The position numbers and the translations under genes are program-made. DNA of 64,000 bases, taken from Phoronis australis (taxonomy: Eukaryota > Animalia > Phoronida). Every line of letters begins with the position of its first letter. Positions within the stretch are counted from its first letter, which is position 1. Shown one piece after another: positions 12,713-25,000 of the stretch. The stretch is from NCBI GenBank assembly GCA_002633005.1, contig NMRA01000056.1, forward strand, positions 894,294 through 958,293. The letters run 5' to 3'. The notes beneath the pieces were generated by a model. It was not told the DNA's origin. It did not search any database and was given only the letters and a program-made list of their open reading frames with translations.

Positions 12713-13816
12713 GAATACTGCCTTCAAAATGTAGACTTCGACGTCTGTTTCCGCTTCTGCCAGATTAAGACCTGTCGTTTCTAAATCAACCAATGACATT
12801 CAAAACAAGTACAAACAAGCCAAGGCCATAAGTTAACTGCTGACATCTTTTCAAAAATCACGACATCAACTTACGGTACTACTGAGCGACAAGACGGCGT
12901 CGAGAGCAAGTCACGTGTGTGGAAAATATTGATATTTTTGCATATACCACCGATTTCTTTCATTAAATGACTTTTCCTGTTTTGGTTCTGAATTGGTACT
13001 GTATCTTGGCTCATTCAGGTCTTGCAACTACCACAGCTGGGCACGACGGACGCCTGGATAGAGATCACGTCAATATGCACTCACATGTAAATATGTGGGC
13101 GCATGGACATTGATTTTTACGGGGAGCCAAGGAGTATATACAACAAAGAATTGAAAATCCATCTTTGAACTGAAGAGGAGGCTTGAGATTCAAACCTATC
13201 ACACGCCTGGGAAAAGATTCTGACTAAAGTTTCCTGTCTATTTTCTCAACTCCGACCGAATCCTTTTGATCTTTCCCACTCGTGTTGGACATCTCCACTG
13301 CCAAAAGCTGCCAAAAGGTGTGCCTCATAAGTACCGACGAGAATTTGCATGGTTTTGTTAGTGCTAGCAAACTCAAGTATTTTACCCCTATAATGGTAAT
13401 TTCTTATGATTTATGACCATTTAACAGTATCTGTGAAATGGTCATAAATCTGTGAAAACATTACTGACGGACCTTCAGCTGTTTTTGAGCTGACGTATTG
13501 GCTAAGTTAACCTGCAAACACTGAAAGGAATTTACGACTACAGCAATGAAGGTATCGCACCTAAGACTCTGAATTGTAAGACAGACTGAGAGCATTTGTA
13601 GTGTTAAGGCCAAAGTAAAATGAAACAGTTTGTGGCCTTCATTTCTATCTCAAGAAAAAGAAAAAATATATTCAAAATATAATATGTGTGATGTTTTTTT
13701 AACAAACAGAATCGAGACATACAGCTGTTCAAGCCAGGGCATCACGTCACTCTCTGAAACATTGTGTAGTCCATCTGAGACTAGAGTGACCTACATAAAA
13801 TGTAATGATAATTTAA

Positions 13817-13848
<32 letters not shown>

Positions 13849-13872
13849 AATAATAATAATAATAATAATAAT
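13817..13872. repeat. Compound microsatellite (GAT)n(AAT)n, followed by AAATT-type repeats at ~13945-13995
   Basis: Visible directly in the sequence. Confidence 0.95.
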
Positions 13873-14253
13873 TTGTTATAAAAGATATTCAAAAACAGGC
13901 TTTAGCCACAGACTAATATATAGCATTGTCCTTTCACAGCAATGAATTAAATTAAATTAGTTAAGTTAAATTAAATTAAGTTAAATGAAATTAAAATGAA
14001 CATTATTAAGATGAATATTTACAAATTAAACATGCAAATTGAATTGAAAAAATAAATAAAATCAAATAAAACTGCTATATGATATATACAATGAGTTTTA
14101 GATAGGAATGATGAGGGAAAACGAAGGGAGGTACAGCTCTGATGACCACACGCACAAGTAACTGATGAGTTTGTGCCGGAAATCATCATTACCATCCGCC
14201 CCCTTTAGTCCAATTGGCAAGTCCACTGTCGAATGACTTGAATAAAAAACAAC

Positions 14254-14540
14254 TCAGAGAATAACAAAGTTCTGTGTCTGTGGACAGCAAAATTGTTTGA
14301 GAAAGAGGATCAGTCTGCTCCTGATTTGGTGGCTTTTTCGAACGAGTAATATGTTACTAGATAAATAAGGTGGTACATTATTGTGAAAACATTCATGCAC
14401 CATGGACAAACGCCTGTATATAAAATATTTGTCAACAGGCATCCATCCCAGTCTGTTAAACATATGAGTCGATGGTGTGTCAAAAGGCAAACCGAGAATA
14501 ACTGTGGTCGCCTGCTTCAGAGCTTCAGTCGACAAGAAAC
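14254..14540 (-). mobile_element. CR1/L2-type LINE ORF2 C-terminal fragment
   Basis: ILGLPFDTPSTHMFNRLGWMPV...RRLSMVHECFHNNVPPYLS resembles the typical post-RT region of L2/CR1-like elements. Confidence 0.7.
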
Positions 14541-16367
14541 CAAATTTACAATGCATCCTGACCGTACAGTACTACAATAAAACCAACAGCTGCAACAATA
14601 CATAAAACATACATGCATCCATACATACACGTTATTTTATTTGTACTCACAGCAACAACAGCAGTGAACATTAGCCCACGGCTATTCGATGCAAAGCAAG
14701 AGTCATATATTTTACAATATTTGGAGAAGTCGAGACGCATAAGGAAAACAGAAACAATGCAAAGCAGGCCCGGAAACACAGACATTATTTTGACCAAATA
14801 TTCTTAAGTAACAACAGGCCAGTATAATTATTGTTATTAGAAAAGCATTGTTGATAAGGGGTTATTCGCCGTTAAAAACTCGTCAAGGATTTTTGATGAC
14901 CATGTAAAATCTACATGTCTAACATGCTCAAAGTACGCGTACATTCACTGGTCGTGCAACTAATTTTAATTAGAACCTATAGTCGATTTGTGTGTGCCTT
15001 TAGTTTGTTTTATTGTGATCGATTACAGACGCTAATAGGTTATTGTTATGATAGCGGTTGGAGTACCTGGACCACGTGTCTCTCCATTACCAGAAGTAGA
15101 AGCCAGTGCAAATGAAAAAAAAAAATGTAATAATGCCAATGAAATAAATTCGAAACTTACCAACTTACGGAGACGTGTAGAGTTTGACTGTCAGAAGATG
15201 AATGTGAAAAACCGAGCATCCCGCATCTAACCAACACTTCAATCAAAATTAATGGCTTGTTGCGGACAGTTGCACGTTGGGCGGAGAAAACAATTTGAAC
15301 GCGCTTGACCATAAAGAAATCCTACGTTGACACTTTCACCGGACGAGATTGGGCAACTGGATCGGTTTGCGTACCTCCGATTCTGCTGCTCTGATCAAAG
15401 GCACTGTGCAGTTATAGTTATTACATCGCCTCAGGCTGCTGGGTTTCGTTTTGAAAGCTTAAAATAGCATATTTGAATAGTTTGCAAAAAAGTACACTTA
15501 GTTAGGTTTTTGAATTTTAAAAATCGGGCAAGAAATGTGACTTTCACAACCTGAAACCTTTGTTGCCCTATTCTTGCTTCTCGTCAATTCTTCTGGGTGT
15601 GCAACACAGTTGGGCCAATTACCAAACCAGCAGGCAGCAGATGGATTTTGAGGTAAGCCAAGTGTCATTGCACAATTCTTGGCAAACTTATTCGTATCAT
15701 AACCATAAAGTAAAATTTGGCGCTAGGGGCAACGCCCAAAATATATTATGGCGAGTATAATAGTAGTACCAATAAAGAAATTGTTATGGAAATATTTTCA
15801 TAATAGTGTTCTCACCAAAATGCAAATGGTACAACACAACGTAGAATAACGTAACACAACCTAGAATAACACACAAATGTCTTCTCACAGAGAATGCGCA
15901 TATTTTCCAAGATATATCATTACATAGATTCGTAATTTACACTTACCTCTTCGTCTGCTAATGAGCAGGCACGGTCCAGATACCCCTGGCCACTATTATG
16001 CGCCATGTACGTTAAGGTAGAGGCATTTGAACTTAAAATCTTTCATCGATAATCATTCATAATGGTGCAATAAGCAACATCAAAGATATGGAGATGAGCT
16101 TTTTGGACATGCTGGGTATTGATTCGACCTCTTTCAGGTCATGAGAACAAACTATGCATCACAATTATAGCCACTCTATATCATTGCCATTGGTCTACTC
16201 AGCATCGACAGGAGAAACAGTATCCACTCGTAAAATTCTCTTTTCTACATCCGTAATTGATTATTCTATATAGTCAGTTAACACCAAACACGTCTGTGTA
16301 CTCAGCATGTGACGTCCCTCATAAATTTGGATTACACCATCTTCAACTAAACTTCACCCAGCGCCCC

Positions 16368-17030
16368 TTTCGTAACCTGTCATAACGTGAAACGACATTG
16401 TTAATGGACATGTAACGAAGGCGATTTTTTTCTGTTTGCCATCGTAGTTTTGTCCTAATAAATGCCGGTCTTTAATAAAGGCCACCCTCTAACAGAGGCA
16501 GGGGCTAGAGCATGTTTGAATCTAATAATTACCATGGCTTCTACGAGAAGTTTTACGAAAATCTTGACGAACGACACCCAGAATGGACCCAAGTTAATAC
16601 AAATAATGTCGTCATCGGTATTCTTCAACCGCTATTCAGGTGTTCCACACGAGACTGCAAGACATTATAGCGCAGAGTAACTTTGCTTTTCCATGCGCGC
16701 AACCAGCCTAAAAACGAGGGGCACGAATTTTTTTTGAGAAAGTGGCGTTTTTGTTTCTTTGAGACGGACTTTTTCTCCACTTTTCCTTTATCTAGTTCCT
16801 TCTGCCAGGTTCTCGCTCAACAGAGCGCTGTCCTCTTTGGAAAGTTAGTATGTAGATAATATCTTCACGAGCTATCTGGAATGTGTCCGTTTCTCGCAGC
16901 GACTTGCTGTTTTCGAGTAATTGGAGGTTTTCCGATGACTGCTCTTTTTTCATGCCATAGCTTCAGAGTCTTTTGACGGACCGTTAGGTCTGAAAGTTTG
17001 AATGCGAGCAGTTCTCGTCAAGAGCTATAA
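16368..17030 (+). repeat. Dispersed repeat; inverted copy at ~38155-39030
   Basis: CGAAGGCGATTTTTT(T)CTGTTTGCCATCGTAGTTT..TCCTAATAAA and GTTCTCGCTCAACAGA..CTCTTTGGAAAGTTAGT occur as reverse complements at 38935-38982 and 38310-38352. Confidence 0.8.
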
Positions 17031-17573
17031 AGAGTGTGTTATTCGCTTCTCGCTAAGGATAACATTTACTGACAACTGAAGTCTGGTACATTGGCAGGCT
17101 TGCAGTAGTCGTTCACGATGAATTATCGTCAAGAGCTACGACAAACTTATCTTCAGGTTTTCACTACTCCAGCTGGAAGTGGGATCCCATGCACCCACAG
17201 CCCAACGGGCGATAAGAGAACCTCGTGGTTGTAGTTGTTCTCATGTCCTTATTCCGTAACAAGGAACAACACTGAGCGGAACAAACAAACGCAAGCAACT
17301 CTCACGCGTTTGCATGACAGCTCAGCCACGCGTAATCTAATTTGGTTTACATTCCTCAAAAGCCCTTCACGTAATCATCGGGCCCTAACCCGGCCCCAGG
17401 GCCCAACTTCGCCCGAGTGGTGTTTGCGCAGATGACAGGATCGAGCAGACGATTAGAGGAGGCTTTGCACCATTCACTGTTATTGAACGTGCGTAGTCGA
17501 TATTACCGTTGGCCAAAAGGGTGAACGTTACGCCGTTAAATTACGTGCGTAAGTTAATTCTTGTTAGAGGCAT

Positions 17574-17648
17574 AAATAATTATTTGCGGCGTAAAGTAAC
17601 TATTTACGGCGTAAAGTAATTATTTACGGCGTAATGTAATTATTTACC
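17574..17648. repeat. 20-bp minisatellite (AATTATTTACGGCGTAAAGT) x~3.5
   Basis: Visible directly in the sequence. Confidence 0.85.
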
Positions 17649-19016
17649 TACATAGGTGCAGGCATTTTCTAATTTCGAAATGAAGATGATTGTCAAATGA
17701 TCGTTGTCCATCCAGTGTTCACCTTGATTGTGGATTGGTGGATTGACTTGCATGCGCGTGTACACGTGTGTGCGTTTCCATTCTTTTGAATCCAGTACAC
17801 GCCAACGGTAAGTTCACTACAGGTAGTCCTTCGTCGTTGCTCAAACAAAAACAGACATTTAACAACCGTGTCTTCTTGTACTGAGAAAACATTGACGAGC
17901 ATGTAAACAATATTAGGGAAATGTAGGTCTAGACCTAATACAAATTTTGGTCAATGAAGAAAGTATTTTCTGGTTAATCAGTGTCAATTGTACGCAGCCT
18001 CGCAGACTTCATACGAGCAACGAATTTGAGGGAAAGATTTCCAAAGTTACCTGTCACAATTCTGAATATTCACTACTCCGAAAGTCTATTTGGAATCGCT
18101 CGATCAATCACGAAAAATGTCACATTTCGGTTAAAGGTTTTGGAGTCGCTATTGATCAGTCACGAAGAACTTGTTTTAAATGAGCAGCTCACAGGTGTGT
18201 ACCGCACGTTGGCTCCGTTTCAGTAGGATAGTGGGATTCCTACCGTGTGTTGCATTCACACGCCATGCTTGTATGCCAGTCTACCTGCTGTCACGTGTAT
18301 TTCACTGTTTATTTCGCTTCGTATATGTTCATTCCAGTTATTGCCTGATGATGAGACATGCAGTCTTGAAATATAGCTAGTGTTTTAATTTGTTTAACGC
18401 TTGTTTCGTCTTTCAGTGTCTTGCTACATAGCTACACACCTGAAGAAAGGAGATCGTTTTGACACTACATGTGCGAGCGACTCTGCATCAAGCTTTCCAA
18501 CAAAAAGTTTAATAACCGAAGTATCGTTTACTTTTGCATGCAAAAGCATAGAAATTATACCCGAGTGCAAAATTTTAGATATTTTCGGAGTAGTGAACCT
18601 TCAGAATAATGGGCTGTTCCCATTTCCAGCGATGTAAGTAACTCGCAAAAATACAACCAGATAAAACATTTCGTCAAGTCATTCTCAGACTAAAAACTCC
18701 GTCCGAGTAGGCCTATGTAATGAGGTGTAAACAAGCATTCTTGATTTGAAAGTTTGGCGGAACGCGAGAACGTTCTCTTTCTGGACCACCTTACGTATCC
18801 AAATTTGAGTCCCATTCTTTACGAGCAACCGTCACGGCATTCTCATTTCGTCTCATCTCAGGAACATATATAGAGTTGAGAGTCACCCTTCGACCTAATT
18901 AAGCTGCGTCAAGGTCCTTACTGAAAACGCTACAGTGTCGGCCTCTGCAAAACATCAAACGTCCACCGATCCAAAAATTCGAACCACACCCTGCGCAATG
19001 CTGGCTACAGGCCTGA

Positions 19017-20070
19017 ATTTTGACCAAAAAGGTTTTATACCAGGTCGATTTACGGGTGAAAATATTAGTTTAATATATGACATAATGCTTGAAACACAAA
19101 AACAAAAGTTACATGGCACGATTGTCCAAACTGATTTCGAAAAAGCCTTTGATACACCCTCCTGGAAATTTATTAGAAGAGTATTAAACGCTTTTAGTTT
19201 TGGAGCATCAGATAAAAATGGATTTATTCAAAACAATTCAAATTCATGCATTATTCAAAATGACTCTTTGTCAAAAATTTTCAAACTATGCAGAGGTTGT
19301 CGCCAGGTCGACCCTATATCACCTTATATTTTTATTTTGTGAGTTGAAATTTTAGCTCCAGCAATCAGAAACAACGAAAATTTGGAAGGTATTAAAATGT
19401 GGCAGGAAGTTTTAAAGATTTCACAATATACGGATGACACAACAGTATTTTTGAGTCGTTCCGAAAGCTCTTTGAAAAGTGCACTGATAACTTTGCAATG
19501 GTTTCACGAACTGTCCGGTTTGAAAATTAATTTTCAAGAAACAAAAGTTATAGCTCAATTCAAGGCCCTAGGAATTTAATTTAATAATGATCTTTATGAT
19601 ATCTCATCAAATTATCTTAAACCAAAAATTAAAACGATAATTAAAGTTCAAGAGATTGACTTATGCACATTTTGCTCTGAGCATATAGAGAGACTATATT
19701 ACATTTATTTGTGTAAGAGAGTTGTGGAGAAAAGTTTGTGATGATTTCCTCAGGATCGATTTTTAAACGGCCTTGGCCTTCTGTTTGGAAATACCGAATG
19801 TAACAACAGTATGAATCTTGTGGTTTTAATGACAAAAAATGTCATTTATCAGTATAGAATGCAGAACCAAAATCCGTCAACAACTTATGTCACTAGAATT
19901 TTGAAAAACTGTAGACATATAGAATTTACTATTAGTAAAATCAATGGTACATTAGAAAATCATAACAAAAAATGGAACTTAGTAAAACTTTAACGCTGAT
20001 AAATGTTTATGTATGTTTATGTACGTTTGTATTGCAATTGTCGGTTTGTTACAATGAATGTTTAAAAAAA
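19017..20070 (+). mobile_element. Degenerate 5'-truncated L1/Tx1-clade non-LTR retrotransposon (RT and C-terminal Cys motif)
   Basis: DQKGFIPGR..ENI, DFEKAFD, RGCRQ.DPISPYIFIL*VEILA, KISQYTDDTTVFL, SGLKIN, then LCTFCSEHIETILHLF (~19660). It carries a premature stop, a short deletion and an internal deletion, and ends in an ATGTTT/A-rich tail. Confidence 0.9.
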
Positions 20071-20123
20071 TATAAGCTGCAGCCATTGAAAACTCCATAC
20101 CATTTGTTTAGATACACTGTATT

Positions 20124-20273
20124 CATGGGCGGCGCACCATAGAGGGCAGGGAGAGCTATAGCCCCCACCCTTTTCAATGCTACGCCGCACATGGTCTATA
20201 GGCGATGCACCACAGGGGGCTGAGGGGGTTTTAGCCCCCCCCCCCCACTTTTTTCAGTGCTGCGCCGCCCATG
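20124..20273. mobile_element. Short MITE with CATGGGCGGCGCA termini
   Basis: CATGGGCGGCGCA ... TGCGCCGCCCATG; the internal sequence is a degenerate dimer (GGG..TAGCCCCC..TTTTCA.TGCT.CGCCGC). Confidence 0.72.
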
Positions 20274-21231
20274 TGTAAGTATGCATGATTTGTAACAAGG
20301 TAGTCCCTCCTTTTCTCATTTTTGAAATAGCTTTCTTCAGGTATGAACGACTTTATCTAGAGAACCATAGAAATTAGGCCTGTAAAAGTATAATATATCT
20401 TCTAAAAGCAGAATGCCCGTAGAAGTGTTCAACTGCTCATCAGTTTGTCATCGAGTCACCTGACCATGCCTTCAGTAAACTCCAGAAAAAAAAGAAAGGT
20501 ACTGCAAAACAGCGTATCAATGAGGCGACCAATTATCATTTCATAAAGGTTCAAGATGAAATCTCAAAAAGGTTTCCTTCGTTTTCATTGTATTCAATTT
20601 TGATTTCTTTCATAAAAATCATCAGCCCTATGTCAGTAGCCCGTCATGCAGAAGTGGAACGTGACAGTGTCCTATTAATCCGATCAGCCATTTCTGAGAT
20701 ATTACTCTTCAGTGGCCACATTTGCTCATTCTTCTTGCATCCTACACACTTAACTAGTGATGAAAGACTGTGTGTATGTGAGTGACAGATATATGGTTGA
20801 CCTATATTTTTAAACTAGTACTGCATAACATTCTATTATAAACCAAAAGACAACAGTAGAAACGATTCTGAGTAACGTACAGTCAAAATTTCTCAAATTC
20901 CAACATGGCGATCGGAATGTCCCAACAATACCTTCCATGGCTTCCAACCAGTCGAAGTGTTTTATTTCGTTCTGTGAACCAACCGTTAAAACCACAGTCT
21001 TAATTCTTTAACAATGCGTAAATCTCCTCCAGAAAAGAACATCTCTCAAGGAGACCATTGCAAAATAATCAACTGAACCTTATTTTCAGTAGCATTTTCA
21101 TTGATTTATGTTGTCGACAAACACATTGACTTTTGCATAACAATCACGGCACATACTCCAGTAAAACATGTTTTAGTTACAGGTATGGCTAAAAGTCTTC
21201 CCTCATAGCAACTTTGACGACCAGGGATGTG

Positions 21232-21444
21232 AGACCCGTTCTAAGAAACTGACTGAACTGTTCATTATTTTACGTAAGTCAAAGATTTTTCAAACTTTGA
21301 AACTTCCACATCTGGTAAGTTAGTGAATAGTAAATCAAAAACTTGAGTCAAACTTACGATCTCTTTCAGAAATTAAGTTTTATCTTAAAATTGACTGGAA
21401 TTTAAGATTTGTCGTAGCTAAGTCAGTTTACTTGTGACGGGCCC
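21232..21444. mobile_element. Harbinger-like MITE (second family); related inverted copy at ~30590-30820
   Basis: ACCCGTTCTAAGAAACTGACT ... AGTCAGTTTACTTGTGACGGGCCC; the internal AAACTTTGAAACTTCCACATCTGGTAA is found as its reverse complement at 30728-30755. Confidence 0.65.
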
Positions 21445-21913
21445 TTGGTTCATAGTTTGGTCTGCCGCTCACACTTTACAATAGTCGAATAGATGTTCAG
21501 TCAATCATTATGAGCGCATCACTGTCTGGAAATATTTCATAGATCACATCACAGTCAGTTGTGTCTATTTTGTCAGAGCCTGCACTTTTGCTAAACCGAG
21601 AATTAATCGTTTTTCAAAAATTGTTGTGTGGAGCGCAAGACCGAATTTCTGAATTAAGTATGAAGTCACTTTTGTGCAGGCAGCTTGTTCCAAGTAGGTG
21701 CTAAACTTTTCACATCGACGCTCTCTAGAGTAATGAGAGCACGAAAGTGACTTCCGACTGATTCCGGTGAACAGAATTCAATTGCTATATAGTGGTTCAC
21801 AAATATAAAAGCAGATAAAGTAATTCCACTTTCAGATCTACCCATAGTCCCAACGTAGTCTGCACATCTTTACCACAGTTTCCTTGCACATGGGTTCTAA
21901 CACCACCTCTGAG

Positions 21914-22071
21914 TCAGTGACGAGTATTCATAATTTCTTGGGCTGTTATCACTCCAAAAAGTAAAAACCCGGAAGTGACGTACAGTACACCTACACCAAT
22001 GAGAACAGATTCTGTCGCTTTACGTAAGTTAACGTTTGTTTTGTCGATGACCGACTTGATGAGACTCAAAC
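21914..22071 (-). CDS. SLC38A7-like: SLC38A7-like copy B last coding exon (TM11, stop)
   Basis: ttgtag|GLSLIKSVIDK...IGVGVLYVTSGFLLFGVITAQEIMNTRH*. Confidence 0.88.
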
Positions 22072-25000
22072 CTACAAAAAATAAATTACAGGTGAGATCT
22101 TTTAAGTACATCATATCAGGGTGTCAATGACAGTTTTAGTCGTTATCGTTCTTCGCTCTAGCTAGACTGCAGTTGTTCAGTCTGTACCCCTAGGAATAAG
22201 ACGTCCACCTCTTATTTTTGGGTAATTCTTGCGTATAAGCCCGCCTACCAGCCTACGCCTAGCTGCTCAGGTGAAAGACCGCCTCTTCTTACCTCTCGGT
22301 TCAAATCAAGGTATTACCTCCCATTGGGGGGCTAGCGTATCGCTGTACAGAAAAAATGATTACGACAACGTAACGTGCGTTCATCAAAAGTCTGATAAGG
22401 CCCATAGGCCCATGGGCTATATGTGCGATACAAGCCGGTCCATAGGCTCACGAAAGTCCAGGAGTACGACGAACCTTGTTTTTGTAGTTCCTCAGCTACA
22501 ACAAACCCATGGGCTTCCAACCGAGCATATAACCGATACCATAAGCATAACGATGACATAAAGTCGCTAAAAGGATACTGAACTGAGTGCCCGTGGCTCA
22601 AATAGGGTAGTTTCTCGCAAGAAAAGAAAGCTATTGCAAGACTTTCCAAAGTCGTGCGAGTGAAAAGCAAGTGTTTCGCAAGTAGAGTAACATAGTACAA
22701 AAAGGACTCCCCATTTGATGTCCAGTCAAGACCACATTAAATACATTGTAACAGACTGTCATATCTACAAGTTTTCGCACCTCAAACCATCTTCTTGGGT
22801 TTGCACCTGACAACAACAACAAAAAACCTCTCGCTGACTCATTCTAACCGCGCAAACTACATTTACGCCAAAAGCTGTTACTACGACTGTATGTAACACG
22901 TCAACGAGCAATTCACGATCGGTTCGTATTTGTATAAATGACCAACTTACCTGGGAAAATGCAAGAAAAGAAGAATCCAAATCCTCCGGCGTATGCCACT
23001 ACAGTCACTATATCTGGCACGGCTATGTAAATACCCAAAATCAATAGGAAACCTATCACTCCCATCGTAATGAGATGCTTCCGCTCACTACGCGCCGCTT
23101 CGTCAGGGGTCATGCTCCAGACGTCTAACCACAAATCCCGAACTGCATTTCTGTAAGTCATGATAACTTAATTTAAGAACAACGTTGATGGGTCAACTGG
23201 ATTTGTCATCTAAAACCTCAAAAATAAATCCCATGTAGGAGTATGGGAGGCAATCCCAGCACTAGTCCTCCGTAACCGTGTGATCAAGAGTCTAAGCAAA
23301 ACAAAACAAGCGAAATCTCACGTCTTTTTTCACAGGCATGAAGTAGGAAGGTTTGCTTCTTTGTAACGGAAGCAATGCTCCTGAAGTAATTTCCGACCTT
23401 GGAAAGAAATGATAGTTCGTTACTGCTCGATAGCACATTCAACTGGTAGGCTTCGCATTGGCAATGCAATAACAATTACGAACTGTCGTTTCTCCCAAGT
23501 CTGAAATCGCCACTCAACTCAAGTGAGTTGTAAACAAGTTGAGGCAAGTGCTGTAATGTTAAGCGGACAAACTCAAAAGCTGGCTTTGTGGCACAGCGCA
23601 AGTTTATCAACATTTAAGCGATTGGGGCGATTTCAGTTGGAATCTTAGCCCAAAGCGAACGCCCCTGGGCATCAATTATGGTCGAACCATTGACATGGCT
23701 ATGATCCGACTTTACTCGGCTGCCGACTTCAGTTAGCGAAGTCACAGGATGGACGACTCCGGGTTGTTGCAAATAAACTGAACGATTTCTTTGGTTGTAA
23801 AACGACCAACAAATGGCAGATGAATGTATATTCGAAATATATATTTACCGAAACAATAACAGTTGTTTAAACTGTTTATTAAATAATCAACGCTGCTTTA
23901 TTGTGTAAGTCAGCTTATTTGATACGAATTTATGGTCTGGATAGAGCAATATTTTCTTGATTCAGAATGCCTATGTATGGGCCGCGGAAAGGGCAAAAAT
24001 GGTTAATAGAAAAACCCAACCTAATTCGTAAATATCAAACCTAATTATTAAAAATCAATCCTGTTTGGAAAATCAAACCTAAATCGTAAAAATCAAACCT
24101 ATTTGGAGAGTCAAACCTGACGGTAGAAACAGGAACTAGCTAAGTGCGCGGAAAGGGCAAAATTAGGTAACACTGAAAATCAATAGGTTGGGGTCGGTTG
24201 ACTGCTGGAGGAAGACGACCGCGGCTTGACTGGAATATTTTCCCGGCTGTTGTTTACTTCCAGCCTCTCCCTCACGAGTTTTATTAAATAGGTTGCCTCC
24301 GTGAGCAGCCGATTCATACTCCTGTGAAATTCGCTTTCGTCTTCGGCCATGTCGAATGTTCGCGCGAATACACCCAAGCAAAAACTGAACATGCGACTTT
24401 GCGGGAAATCAACACTCCAGACCGAAGGTGGCGCCCCACTCATCAGATGACCCCGTCGCTCCGTGACCTACATGCTAGTGTTGTCTTATGCAGTAAATGC
24501 TGGGGCCTCAAAAGCGCTCAGCAGCTTCCTCAAGCGCCGCCAGGATTGATTTTAAAAACCCTAGATCTCTGCAACAGGATTGACTTCGTTAATTTGTGTC
24601 AGAATTTTTTACATGGCGTTGAATTTTCCAATTAGAGTTAAATTTTATATTGATAACGTTGAATATACGAATTATTTTCTTATAAACTAATTTTCCGCTT
24701 TCCGCGCACGTAGCTAGTTCCCATTTCCATCGACAGGTTCGATTTTACAAACACATTTGATTTTTACGTATTAGGTTTGATTTTTACGAATTATGTTTGA
24801 TTTTTACGAATTATGTTTGATTTTTACGAATTATGTTTGATTTTATTTCAATTAACTACTTTTCTTTACGCGGCCGATACATATGCTTGTCTTTTTTCGA
24901 CCGACAAAGGTGAATCACATGGTTCGTAACGTGAAATGGGCTCTTTTAAAACTACCTACCTGATGCAGAAGAATATAACCGGAAACGCTGTTAAGCATTT

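Noticed and set aside
13630-13881. ORF with poly-D/poly-N
   Set aside because: Artifact of the (GAT)n(AAT)n microsatellite.
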